Of a stretch of 64,000 nt of DNA, positions 1-9,300 are shown piece by piece (position 1 is the first letter of the stretch; the number at the start of each line of letters is the position of its first letter). The notes beneath the pieces were generated by a model, which searched no databases, had not been told where the DNA came from, and saw nothing but the letters and a program-made list of their open reading frames with translations. The position numbers and the translations under genes were made by a program. The stretch is from an uncultured Bacteroidota bacterium (GTDB taxonomy: Bacteria > Bacteroidota > Bacteroidia > UKL13-3), in the NCBI GenBank assembly GCA_903910445.1, contig CAIVZR010000006.1, positions 2,127 to 66,126 of the forward strand. The letters run 5' to 3'.

Positions 1-238
1 GTTTGGTATTATAGTAGCTTCTACTTGTTGATGCAAGGAAGTTTACAGATGGCAAAAAGCCTGCATTTCCATACGTATTAGATATTGTGGAAGCTTGAGC
101 TCCATTATATGCAATTCTAATATCATAGTTTTTTTCCAAGGCAACCGAGATGGCTTGTGAGAGTGTTAGTTTGCTTTGGCTAGTTCCATTGAATGCAGCA
201 AAGACCAAAAAAATACTGATTGCAATTTTAGATTTCAT
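1..238 (-). CDS. TolC-like outer-membrane efflux protein (OMF), N-terminal part. The gene continues beyond the window start.
   Basis: Reverse translation of 1-238 gives MKSKIAISIFLVFAAFNGTSQSKLTLSQAISVALEKNYDIRIAYNG..., i.e. a signal peptide plus the typical OMF N-terminus. Its start overlaps the stop of the upstream RND gene, completing an MFP-RND-OMF operon. Confidence 0.6.
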   Translation of the reverse strand, partial: MKSKIAISIFLVFAAFNGTSQSKLTLSQAISVALEKNYDIRIAYNGAQASTISNTYGNAGFLPSVNFLASTSRSYYNTK

Positions 239-3200
239 CAGGTGCTGGTTCTTGTATTTCATGATTTTGATTCTTATTATGAGAAAAATAGGAGTAGATC
301 GCAGGAATAACGAATAAAGTAAGTACCAATGAGAAAAGCAAACCACCAATAACCACAATTCCCATTCCCATGCGGCTTTTAGCGCCTGCGCCGAGTGCCA
401 GGGCAATAGGCAATGCGCCGAGTGCAGTAGCTAAGCTCGTCATTAAAATTGGTCGCAAACGAGCAGCTGCAGCTTGTATGATGGCTTCCCTTTTATTCAA
501 TCCTTTTTCTTGTAATTGATTTCCAAATTCCACGATAAGGATTCCATTTTTCGTCACCAGTCCAATTAGCATAATGATTCCTATCTCACTAAAAATATTT
601 AAAGTTTGATTGAAATACCAAAGCGACAATACCGCTCCAGCCAATGCCAGGGGAACTGTAATCATGATGATGAGCGGATCGATGAAACTCTCGAATTGTG
701 CGGCAAGGATGAGATAAATTAAAAGTAAGGCAAACAGAAACGCAAAGAGAATATTGGATGAGCTTTCCGAGAAGTCGCGCGATGCACCTGTTAATGCAGT
801 AGAGAACGATTCGTCGAGCACGTTTTTAGCAATCTTATTCATCTCATTTATTCCATCTCCTACGGTTTTCCCAGGGGCTAAGGATGCCGATACAGTGGCC
901 GATTTGTATCTATTATAATGGTAGAGCTGGGGTGGATTGCTTTGCTCTTCAAGCTTCACCACATTATCGAGTTGCACCAATTCGCCACTGCTGCTTTTTA
1001 CATAAATTGATTTTAAATCGAGGGGCTCATCACGATTCTCTCGTGTGACCTGACCAATTACTTGGTACTGTTTGCCACTCATATTAAAATAATTGAAACG
1101 TTGACCGCTCAATGCTAATTGCAATGTTTGGCCAATATCGGCAGCAGAAAGTCCTAAGTTTTTTATTTTATCGCGATCAATGATGAGATTCAATTCAGGT
1201 TTATTGAATTTCAGGTTACAATCCACCATTTGAAATACTGGATTCTTATTGGCCTCATCTAAAAATTTAGGAAGCACCTCTTTGAGTCGTTCAAAATTGG
1301 GTGCTTGCAATACAAACTGCACGGGCAATCCAGCACCTGGGCCACCACCACTCGATGAAATGGTTTGTTGTTGAATGACGAATGTTTTTGCTTCAGGAAA
1401 CTGCCTTGTGATTTTAGTAACATAGTTGGCAATATCCTGTTGACTACGCTTACGCGTTTCGGGATCAGTAAGTGCCAATCGAACAAAGCCCGTATTGACA
1501 GCACCTGAGCCAGCAAAACCTGGTGCAGTAACTGTTAAACAAACCCTCTTTTCGGGTACCGAATCACTAATAAACTGAGCCAATTTATCCATGAATTTAT
1601 CGGTATATTCATACGATGCACCTTCGGGTGCAGTGATGGCCAATCGCATCCAGCTACGATCTTCAAGGGGTGATAACTCCGATGGAAGCAATCGGCCTAC
1701 CGTAAATATAAGTGTAATAGCGCCAATGATAATCACAAACGCCCAGCGACGCACTTCCAAAAAGCTTGTTAAAGCCTTGGTATATCGATCAACCATTCCT
1801 ACAAAAAATGGTTCAGTACGATTGTAAAAGTTTGATTTTTTATGAGGATCCTTTCTTACCAAATAGGCATTAAGCATTGGCGTAAGTGAGAGTGAAACGA
1901 AAGCTGAAATTAATACCGCTCCTGCAATCACGACTCCAAACTCTCGAAACAAACGACCAACAAATCCTTGTAAAAAGATTACTGGAAGGAATACTGCTGC
2001 AAGTGTTATAGATGTTGAGATGACTGCGAAGAAAATTTCATTCGATCCTTTTATTGCAGCATCATAGGGTTTCATGCCGGCTTCAATTTTCTTGAAAATA
2101 TTTTCGGTTACCACAATACCATCATCTACCACCAAACCCGTTGCCAATACGATGGCCAATAAGGTGAGTACATTGATGGAGTAGCCCATGATATACATGA
2201 TAAAAAAAGCACCAATGAGTGATACTGGGATATCGATGAGTGGACGAAATGCCACGAGCCAATCGCGGAAAAATAAAAAGATAATTAGAATTACAAGAAT
2301 CAATGCAATGATGAGTGTATCCTTTACTTCGTCAACAGAGAGCTTAATGAATCGCGTATTATCGAGTGCAATATTTAAGTTATAATCTTTAGGTAAATCT
2401 TTTCGAATTCCTTCCACGCGCTTGTAAAACTCTTCAGCGATATCAAGGTAGTTCGCACCTGGTTGAGGTGAAATAGCGAGCCCAATCATTGGCACACCCG
2501 ATAGTTTCAAAATTGTTTCTTCATTCTCCGGACCTAATAAGGCATAACCCACATCTCTCAATCTAATTACTTTATCGCCAACCGATTTAATGAGCATGTT
2601 ATTGAAACTTTCTTCATCGGTAAATTTCCCCATAGTCTTCACGGTGAGCTCGGTGGTGTTACCCGCAATTTTACCTGAAGGCATTTCCACATTTTCTCGA
2701 TCGAGTGCTTGCTTTATATCGAGTGGGGTAAGCTTGAAAGAAGCGAGTTTGGCGGGATCCATCCAAATTCGCATTGCATATTTTTTTTGCCCCCAAATTT
2801 GCACGGTACTCACACCGGGAATTGTTTGTAACCTTTCGGCAATCACATTCTCGGCATAGTCGCTCACTTGCAGTTGATTTTTAGAATCAGATTGTAGCGT
2901 GAGGGAGAGAATCGCATCAGAGTTTGCATCCGATTTTGTGACAGTAGGCAGTGCATCAATATCCTGAGGCAATTGTCGCACTGCTTGCGATACTTTATCA
3001 CGAACATCATTGGCAGCCGATTCCAGGTTGGCATCCAAATTAAACTCTACGGTTATTTGGCTTGTGCCTTGGCTACTTGAGGAAGAGATGGAGCGGATGC
3101 CTTCGATTCCATTCAAGCCTTTTTCTAAAGGCTCGGTTATTTGCGATTCGATTACCTCAGCGGCGGCGCCTGTATAGCTTGTACGTACTGTGATAATAGG

Positions 3201-3326
3201 TGGGTCGATAGATGGAAACTCTCGAACACCTAAATATTTATAACCAATCAATCCAAAGGTCACGATGATGATCGACATCACAATGGCCAAGACAGGTCGT
3301 TTTATACTGGTAGATGATAAACTCAT
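228..3326 (-). CDS. RND efflux transporter permease (HAE1/AcrB family)
   Basis: 1032 aa with 12 TM helices and two large periplasmic loops. It is AcrB-like from N-terminus to C-terminus (MSLSSTSIKRPVLAIVMSIIIV...). Confidence 0.9.
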   Translation of the reverse strand: MSLSSTSIKRPVLAIVMSIIIVTFGLIGYKYLGVREFPSIDPPIITVRTSYTGAAAEVIESQITEPLEKGLNGIEGIRSISSSSSQGTSQITVEFNLDANLESAANDVRDKVSQAVRQLPQDIDALPTVTKSDANSDAILSLTLQSDSKNQLQVSDYAENVIAERLQTIPGVSTVQIWGQKKYAMRIWMDPAKLASFKLTPLDIKQALDRENVEMPSGKIAGNTTELTVKTMGKFTDEESFNNMLIKSVGDKVIRLRDVGYALLGPENEETILKLSGVPMIGLAISPQPGANYLDIAEEFYKRVEGIRKDLPKDYNLNIALDNTRFIKLSVDEVKDTLIIALILVILIIFLFFRDWLVAFRPLIDIPVSLIGAFFIMYIMGYSINVLTLLAIVLATGLVVDDGIVVTENIFKKIEAGMKPYDAAIKGSNEIFFAVISTSITLAAVFLPVIFLQGFVGRLFREFGVVIAGAVLISAFVSLSLTPMLNAYLVRKDPHKKSNFYNRTEPFFVGMVDRYTKALTSFLEVRRWAFVIIIGAITLIFTVGRLLPSELSPLEDRSWMRLAITAPEGASYEYTDKFMDKLAQFISDSVPEKRVCLTVTAPGFAGSGAVNTGFVRLALTDPETRKRSQQDIANYVTKITRQFPEAKTFVIQQQTISSSGGGPGAGLPVQFVLQAPNFERLKEVLPKFLDEANKNPVFQMVDCNLKFNKPELNLIIDRDKIKNLGLSAADIGQTLQLALSGQRFNYFNMSGKQYQVIGQVTRENRDEPLDLKSIYVKSSSGELVQLDNVVKLEEQSNPPQLYHYNRYKSATVSASLAPGKTVGDGINEMNKIAKNVLDESFSTALTGASRDFSESSSNILFAFLFALLLIYLILAAQFESFIDPLIIMITVPLALAGAVLSLWYFNQTLNIFSEIGIIMLIGLVTKNGILIVEFGNQLQEKGLNKREAIIQAAAARLRPILMTSLATALGALPIALALGAGAKSRMGMGIVVIGGLLFSLVLTLFVIPAIYSYFSHNKNQNHEIQEPAPDEI

Positions 3327-3337
3327 GGTGAACCTGC

Positions 3338-4408
3338 TTAATTAGAATTGGTTTTTAGTGAACGAACGGGTGCTCCTGGCTTGAGTTGCATGATGCCAGT
3401 GGTAATAACAGAGTCGCCAATTTTGAGACCACTCACCACCTGAACTTGTGTATCTGTGCGAATGCCTGTTTCAATAATTACTTCCTGTGCTTTTCCATCT
3501 TTACAAATGAAAACTTTCTTTCCTTTTAAAATTGGGATAACAGCTTCAGTTGGAATCATCAATGCATTGTCGATCGTTCGTAATGGCAATTCAATTTTTG
3601 CGAAGGCACCTGCAAATAGTTCATTTTTAGAATTATCAGTGAGTGCTCTAATTTGCAATGTTCGCGTAGCCTGATCTATTTTGGGTTCGATGGCATAAAT
3701 GCGGGCTTTATATTGTTTGTTGTTTTCGGAAACAGTAAAAGCTATATTATCATTCTGGTTAAGGGTGCCCGCATATTTTTCGGGAACAGAGAAATCTATT
3801 TTTATAGGATTCACTTGTTGTATGGATGCGATACGGGTAGCCGTTGTGATAGTGCTTCCTTCACTTACATACTTTAATCCCATGATACCATTGAAAGGTG
3901 CTCTTAGTTCGGTTTTGGCTATTTGGGCTTTTATATAATCAATATCGGCTTTGATGGTATTGGATTGGTTCAGGGCTATATCGTATTCCTCCTGACTAAT
4001 TCCTTGTATACTGAGTAATTGCTTTAATCGCGCCACTTTCTCATCAGCAATTTTTAATTGCAATTCCATTTTCCTGAGTTGTGCCTGAAAATCGGCATCA
4101 TTTATTTTTAATAGCAAATCGCCTTTGCGCATTTGACTTCCTTCGTGAATATAGAGCCCAACGATTTTCCCTGAGATTTCGGGAAGTAACATCACTTCTT
4201 CATTGGCTAATAGCGTGCCAGTAGCATACACATTGTTTTGCAGCACTTGTGGGGCTACCACGTACATATTTACTGGGGCAGGAGGCATTTTCTGAGTGGG
4301 CCCACCCGCTGGAGCTCCGGGTGATTTTGGGGTTAGAAAAAATATTTTAATCAGTGCGAAAGCACCGATGATAATGGCGATTGTGATTATAACTTTTATT
4401 GTCTTCAT
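3338..4408 (-). CDS. RND efflux membrane fusion protein (periplasmic adaptor, HlyD family)
   Basis: 356 aa with an N-terminal TM anchor, a coiled-coil hairpin and a beta-barrel/lipoyl region. It sits directly upstream of the RND permease. Confidence 0.85.
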   Translation of the reverse strand: MKTIKVIITIAIIIGAFALIKIFFLTPKSPGAPAGGPTQKMPPAPVNMYVVAPQVLQNNVYATGTLLANEEVMLLPEISGKIVGLYIHEGSQMRKGDLLLKINDADFQAQLRKMELQLKIADEKVARLKQLLSIQGISQEEYDIALNQSNTIKADIDYIKAQIAKTELRAPFNGIMGLKYVSEGSTITTATRIASIQQVNPIKIDFSVPEKYAGTLNQNDNIAFTVSENNKQYKARIYAIEPKIDQATRTLQIRALTDNSKNELFAGAFAKIELPLRTIDNALMIPTEAVIPILKGKKVFICKDGKAQEVIIETGIRTDTQVQVVSGLKIGDSVITTGIMQLKPGAPVRSLKTNSN

Positions 4409-4899
4409 TTGATATTCTTTTTTACTTTTTTAAAATTGATGATAACTCGGTCGGAAGGCAGATTATCTAGATTTTCGGAGATTAAGCAAAGTGCTTTATT
4501 AAATTCAATTGCTTGTGTTTTATTGAGTCCTTTGAGAGCTACTTTATTCAATTCATTAATTTTTTCATGCAGTTCGGGCATTATCAGATGGGCCTTGGGA
4601 GTGAGCTCAATCCAATAGGCACGGCGGTCGGCAGGGTTATTGGTGCGCTTAATCAATTTCTTTCCTGAGAGGTAATCGATAACACTCACCATAGAAGCTT
4701 TATCAATTTTTAAAGTATCGGAGATAAATTGTTGTGTGCATGGATGTTCACTGTTTTCAATCAGTACCAATACTGAATAGTGTTTTTCAATTTCCAAGTG
4801 CTCGAGTTGTTTACTCAATGCACCATAATACATCTTTGTAAGAATTGCCAGATGTCGGCCTAATGGCATTTGTTGTTTAATAGATGGTTTATTAGTCAT
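4405..4899 (-). CDS. MarR family transcriptional regulator
   Basis: 164 aa with a winged-HTH MarR-like core. Its stop overlaps the MFP start by 4 bp (ATGA coupling), and it is the first gene of the efflux operon. Confidence 0.8.
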   Translation of the reverse strand: MTNKPSIKQQMPLGRHLAILTKMYYGALSKQLEHLEIEKHYSVLVLIENSEHPCTQQFISDTLKIDKASMVSVIDYLSGKKLIKRTNNPADRRAYWIELTPKAHLIMPELHEKINELNKVALKGLNKTQAIEFNKALCLISENLDNLPSDRVIINFKKVKKNIK

Positions 4900-4921
4900 A
4901 AACTTGAAGGAGGCAAAGGTA

Positions 4922-4949
4922 TACTTTAAAACTCGAATAGTTTAAAGTA
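4922..4949. promoter_or_regulatory. Palindromic candidate MarR operator (tactttaaa-N10-tttaaagta) in the efflux operon promoter
   Basis: Perfect 9-bp inverted repeat about 25-50 bp upstream of the marR start codon at 4899. Confidence 0.4.
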
Positions 4950-4981
4950 CAAACTATTAATATATTGTAAAATTATTTTGT

Positions 4982-5012
4982 AAAAAAAAGAGCCATCATT
5001 TCTGATGGCTCT
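4982..5012 (-). terminator. Rho-independent terminator of the histone-H1-like gene
   Basis: Perfect 10-bp stem (agagccatca / tgatggctct) with a 4-nt loop. On the minus strand it is followed by a run of 8 T, about 20 bp after the stop at 5033. Confidence 0.75.
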
Positions 5013-5032
5013 TAACGTCAGCTTAGAAATGA

Positions 5033-5758
5033 TTACATATCATCGTGATTTGGATCCAAATCAATATCGTGCATATCAGAAGAGAAAGAATCAGTTTTCT
5101 GTTCTTCAGCTGCTGGTGTTTCAATCACAGGCATTTCGAAAATTGGCATTGGAGGTGCAATGTCCATGATGTCAACAGGTGGTGGAGCTATTGCTGGTGA
5201 AGGCTTTGGAGCTGCAGGCTTTTTAACCTTCGGTTTAGAGATTACTGGTTTAGCAATAACCTTCTTAGTCGCGATTTTTTTAGGTGCTGCTTTAGGAGCA
5301 ACTTTTTTCGTTGCTGCTTTCTTAGTTGCAACTTTTTTAATTGCCTTCTTCGGAGCAACTTTTTTAGTAGCTACCTTTTTTGTTACCGCCTTCTTTGTTG
5401 CTTTTTTGGTTGCAGCTTTCTTAGGTGCAACTTTTTTAGTAGCTTTTTTCGGAGTAGCTTTTTTAGTCGCTGTTTTTTTAGTCGCAATTTTTTTGGTAGC
5501 TTTCTTTGGAGTAGCTTTTTTGGTTACTGCTTTTTTAGTAGCTACCTTTTTAGTTGCTGCTTTTTTGGTTGCTTTTTTAGCTATCGGTTTTTTGGTGGCT
5601 GCTTTTTTGGTGGCAACTTTTTTAGCTGCTTTTTTTGGTGCTGCTTTTTTCTTGGTGGTGCCTCCTTTCGCTTTCTTCTTTGCTACTTTACTTTTTGGTG
5701 CTGCCTTTTTTGTGGCCGCTTTTTTAGGTGGACTTTTTTTGGATTTTTTGGTAGCCAT
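5033..5758 (-). CDS. Histone H1-like, Lys/Ala-rich nucleoid-associated protein (AlgP/Hc1-like low-complexity repeats) with an acidic C-terminal tail
   Basis: 241 aa, dominated by KKAATKK / KKATPKKATKK repeats. The C-terminus switches to a Pro/acidic tail (...PPPVDIMDIAPPMPIFEMPVIETPAAEEQ...DLDPNHDDM). The DNA is a degenerate tandem repeat. Confidence 0.7.
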   Translation of the reverse strand: MATKKSKKSPPKKAATKKAAPKSKVAKKKAKGGTTKKKAAPKKAAKKVATKKAATKKPIAKKATKKAATKKVATKKAVTKKATPKKATKKIATKKTATKKATPKKATKKVAPKKAATKKATKKAVTKKVATKKVAPKKAIKKVATKKAATKKVAPKAAPKKIATKKVIAKPVISKPKVKKPAAPKPSPAIAPPPVDIMDIAPPMPIFEMPVIETPAAEEQKTDSFSSDMHDIDLDPNHDDM

Positions 5759-5947
5759 TTTAGAATGTCGTTAATGTGACAATACAATATTAAGTGATGT
5801 TATAAAACTATGCAAATTCTTTTTTGAAAATAATGGAATTTTTAAAACAATACCTTTTCCCGGATTTCAAATTCGGGTGGATTTTCGATAGCGATTGAGT
5901 GAGGTTGGTTCGCTCTATCAAGAAAATAATTTCTTACATTCGCAAGG

Positions 5948-6391
5948 ATGTTAAAAAGAAGCCTTCGCTTTACCTTGTTTTTTACCGCCTTGGCCGGAAT
6001 CATCCTGTATGGATCGTGCCGGAACCGCCATTTAGCCTCTAAAAACAAGAAAGAAAATGCGGATACCCTAGCCAATTTCCCATACTGGATAGGACTCATG
6101 GACAGTCCAGGGGTGAATTACGAATTTGCCGTAAATGCATTTAATAAGTATTGGGAGCATCGCGAACGGCCTACAGAAGCCGATGGCGAAGGGCAGGATA
6201 TCTATGGAAATGGAGAAAAAGACAAGGAAAAAGGCTCACATCCTTCAATTCAATACGTATACGAATACAAGCAATTTTTAAACTGGCAACAACGCAATAA
6301 AAATCTGGTGAAACCCGACGGAACGGTCATGACCCCAGAAGAATTACTCGAACAATGGCGCAAAACTCAAATAGATACAATCACCCGATGA
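5948..6391 (+). CDS. Hypothetical lipoprotein
   Basis: Lipoprotein signal (...LAGIILYGSC). Its stop overlaps the ATG of the downstream giant gene (ATGA at 6388-6391). Confidence 0.55.
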   Translation: MLKRSLRFTLFFTALAGIILYGSCRNRHLASKNKKENADTLANFPYWIGLMDSPGVNYEFAVNAFNKYWEHRERPTEADGEGQDIYGNGEKDKEKGSHPSIQYVYEYKQFLNWQQRNKNLVKPDGTVMTPEELLEQWRKTQIDTITR

Positions 6392-9300
6392 AGAAATTCT
6401 ACCTAATAATATTTCTTGTAATTTTTGTTTCAAGTGTTTTTGGACAAAATTATGCCACGTTTACACAAGCTGGACCAGTGAAATTTCCAGCCAACCCCAG
6501 TGTACAAACCACTGGAATGGGGCGAGTTTCTCAATTGGTGTATCATCCAACCGATAGTAATATATTATTTGCTGTGAGTGCTTCGGGAGGGGTTTTCAAA
6601 ACCTCGAATGAGGGCATTAGCTGGAGGCCAATAAGCGATTTCCTACCTCAAACCTCTTGCGCCTCTTTAGTAATAAACCCATTGAAACCCGATGTGATGT
6701 TTTTAGGTACAGGGGATGCGAATTACAATGGCGGTGGAATGGGTGTATGGAAAACCAATGATGGCGGGAGTTCATGGAACCAAACCACCACCGGCTTAGG
6801 CAATAAATTGGTATCTTATATATTATATACTCCCAATGATACGAATACAATAATCGCCGCATGCTCTGATGGAATTTATAAAAGCACGAATGCAGGTTCA
6901 TCATGGGTAAAAAAAACAACAGTGAATGGTAGCTATCGTGCCTTAAACTATCGTCCCGCAAGCAATAATATTATTTATTCAGCTACCGATACTTATTTCT
7001 ACCGTTCCTATGATAATGGTGAAACATGGATTCAATCGACTCTTAATGCTAGTATAGCATGCGCAGGAATTAAAATCGCTGTTTGCCCATCCGACACTTC
7101 CCGTTTGTATTGTATTGTTTGGAAAAATGGCGCAACAAGCCCATTTGGCGGTGTTTATAAATCTACTAATAACGGTGCCAACTTCACCCTTCAATCCGAT
7201 ACTCCTAATATTTTAGGGTACTCGGGTAATGGCACAAGCATGGACGGACAAGGTTCTTATAACCTTGGAATCATCGCCGATCCTACCAATGCGGATATCA
7301 TTTATTTAGCCGGAATCAATGTTTGGAAATCAACCAATCAAGGGCTGGCTTTTACCTTATCTTCTAGCTGGGGTTATGGTGTTCATGCCGATAAGCACGG
7401 ATTTATCTTCTCCCCTTATAATTCCAACAAATTATATATTCATCATGATGGAGGACTCGATCGAACCATTGATGGGGGTGCAACCTGGACTACTTTTGAA
7501 GATGGACTCAGCGCTTCCGAGTTTTATAGAATGGGAAGCAGCCCCCTCTATAATGATTATGTTATTGGTGGATTACAGGACAATGGTCTAGATGTTGGAA
7601 CCGACAAGAAATTCTCTACGGTAAGAGGAGGAGACTGGGGTGGAGATTTTGTATTTGATGCTTTCGATAGTAGTTTGCTCTATGAAAACGGAGGATTAAA
7701 AAGAAATATCATAAGTCATACTACTAGCGGAATCAATGGTCAAGGCGGGATTTATGGTATACAACCCAGAGACAGTAATACCTTGTTTGAAATTACGACC
7801 CAAGTATTTCGCACGAAAAATTTAAGAGCCAACCCAAGCAGTAATGTGGCATGGTCGCAAATTTCAAGCATGACTGGCAATACAGGTCCACGATGCATTT
7901 CCTATTCAAAAGCATCGGCAGGTACCTTATATGTAGCGTTCAATTCGCAATCTTTTTATAGAAGCGATAATGCCAATGATGCAAGCCCTTCATTCACTAA
8001 ATTAACCAGCTTTCCATATAATAGCGGAGAACAAATACGCCAAATTGAAACCTATGATTTCGATTCCAATATTGTGTATGTTCTCACCACCTCTTCTCGT
8101 ATTTTACGCAGTAATGATAAAGGAGGAAGTTGGGTAAGTATTAATCGTAATTTGCCTGCTAATACCATCATTAAGTTTTTACTTAACCAGAAGGTAACCG
8201 ATTCCAGCATGTATGCTTGTACTGCCTTTGCAGTGTATTATCGCAATCGATTTATAAGCAATTGGGTGAATTTTTCTCAAGGATTACCTACGGTAGCGCA
8301 GATATCTGATATGGAAATTGTGAGTGATGCAACCATCAAAGGTCGATTACATATTTCAACCTATGGCCGAGGTATTTGGCAAACCGATTTATACAAAAGT
8401 GCCATCACTTTACCTGTTGCCGATTTCTCTGTACAAGCATCTTCGTCACAACCTTGTTCTAACAGTATTATTGTCGTCGATAACTCCACCTGCTCACCCA
8501 CTTCACGCAAATGGCAGGTTTCACCAGCGACTGGTTGGGTTTATATAAATGGTACCGATTCGTTTTCATCGCGTGCAGAAATTCGATTTAATACTGCTGG
8601 TATGTATTTTATTTCTCTCACTGTTTTCAATAATAAAGGTACTGATACCAAAACGGTGAATTATAATTACTCCACTTTAGCTACACCTCCAGGTTGTGTA
8701 ACCACTACATCTAATTTAGGTGGTTATACTATTGGTGTGTATCGCTTTGAGTTCAATACCATTAACAATGGTTCGGGAACGGGCAATACAAGTTATGAAG
8801 ATTTTTCCTGCTCGGCGAATACCATTGTAAGGGCTGGAGCCACTTATACCGCTTGGGTTACCAATGGCAATGCCTATAATGAAAACGCTAAAATATATAT
8901 CGACTATAATGGCAATGGTGTATTTACCGATGCCAACGAACTAGTAGGAACCATTACTAGTGGTCTTGGAAGAAGATCGTGTTCGGTAAACATTTTATTG
9001 AACCCACCACAACTCAATAAGTTTCTTCGTATGCGTGTTGTGAGTGACTATAACACTGTGAACGCCTCCTGTGGCACACTTAATTATGGGCAGAGTGAAG
9101 ACTATGCCATCTGGATTGATAAAACGAAACCAACTGTTGCTATCAATATTCCAAAACCTACGGTAGGCAATAGCTTCAATGCCATATTCACCACCTCCGA
9201 AGTAGTCACAGGATTTGATGTAAGTGATATTAGCTTGAGCAATGCTACCTTGAGTAATTTCACACAAAACGATATCTATTCTTATAGCGCTCGAATCACC

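Noticed and set aside
1259-3938. Multiple 60-90-aa ORFs inside or antisense to the RND permease and MFP genes
   Set aside because: They are embedded in well-supported long CDSs. They are typical spurious ORFs.
5160-5774. 204-aa ORF on the + strand, rich in Phe/Ala/Leu/Val
   Set aside because: It is the antisense shadow of the Lys/Ala-rich histone-like gene: AAA/AAG/GCN codons read backwards give TTT/CTT/NGC. It has no start context or independent support.
5842-6099. 85-aa minus-strand ORF overlapping the lipoprotein gene start
   Set aside because: The overlapping + strand ORF has a lipoprotein signal and is translationally coupled to the downstream giant gene. The minus ORF has no recognisable features.
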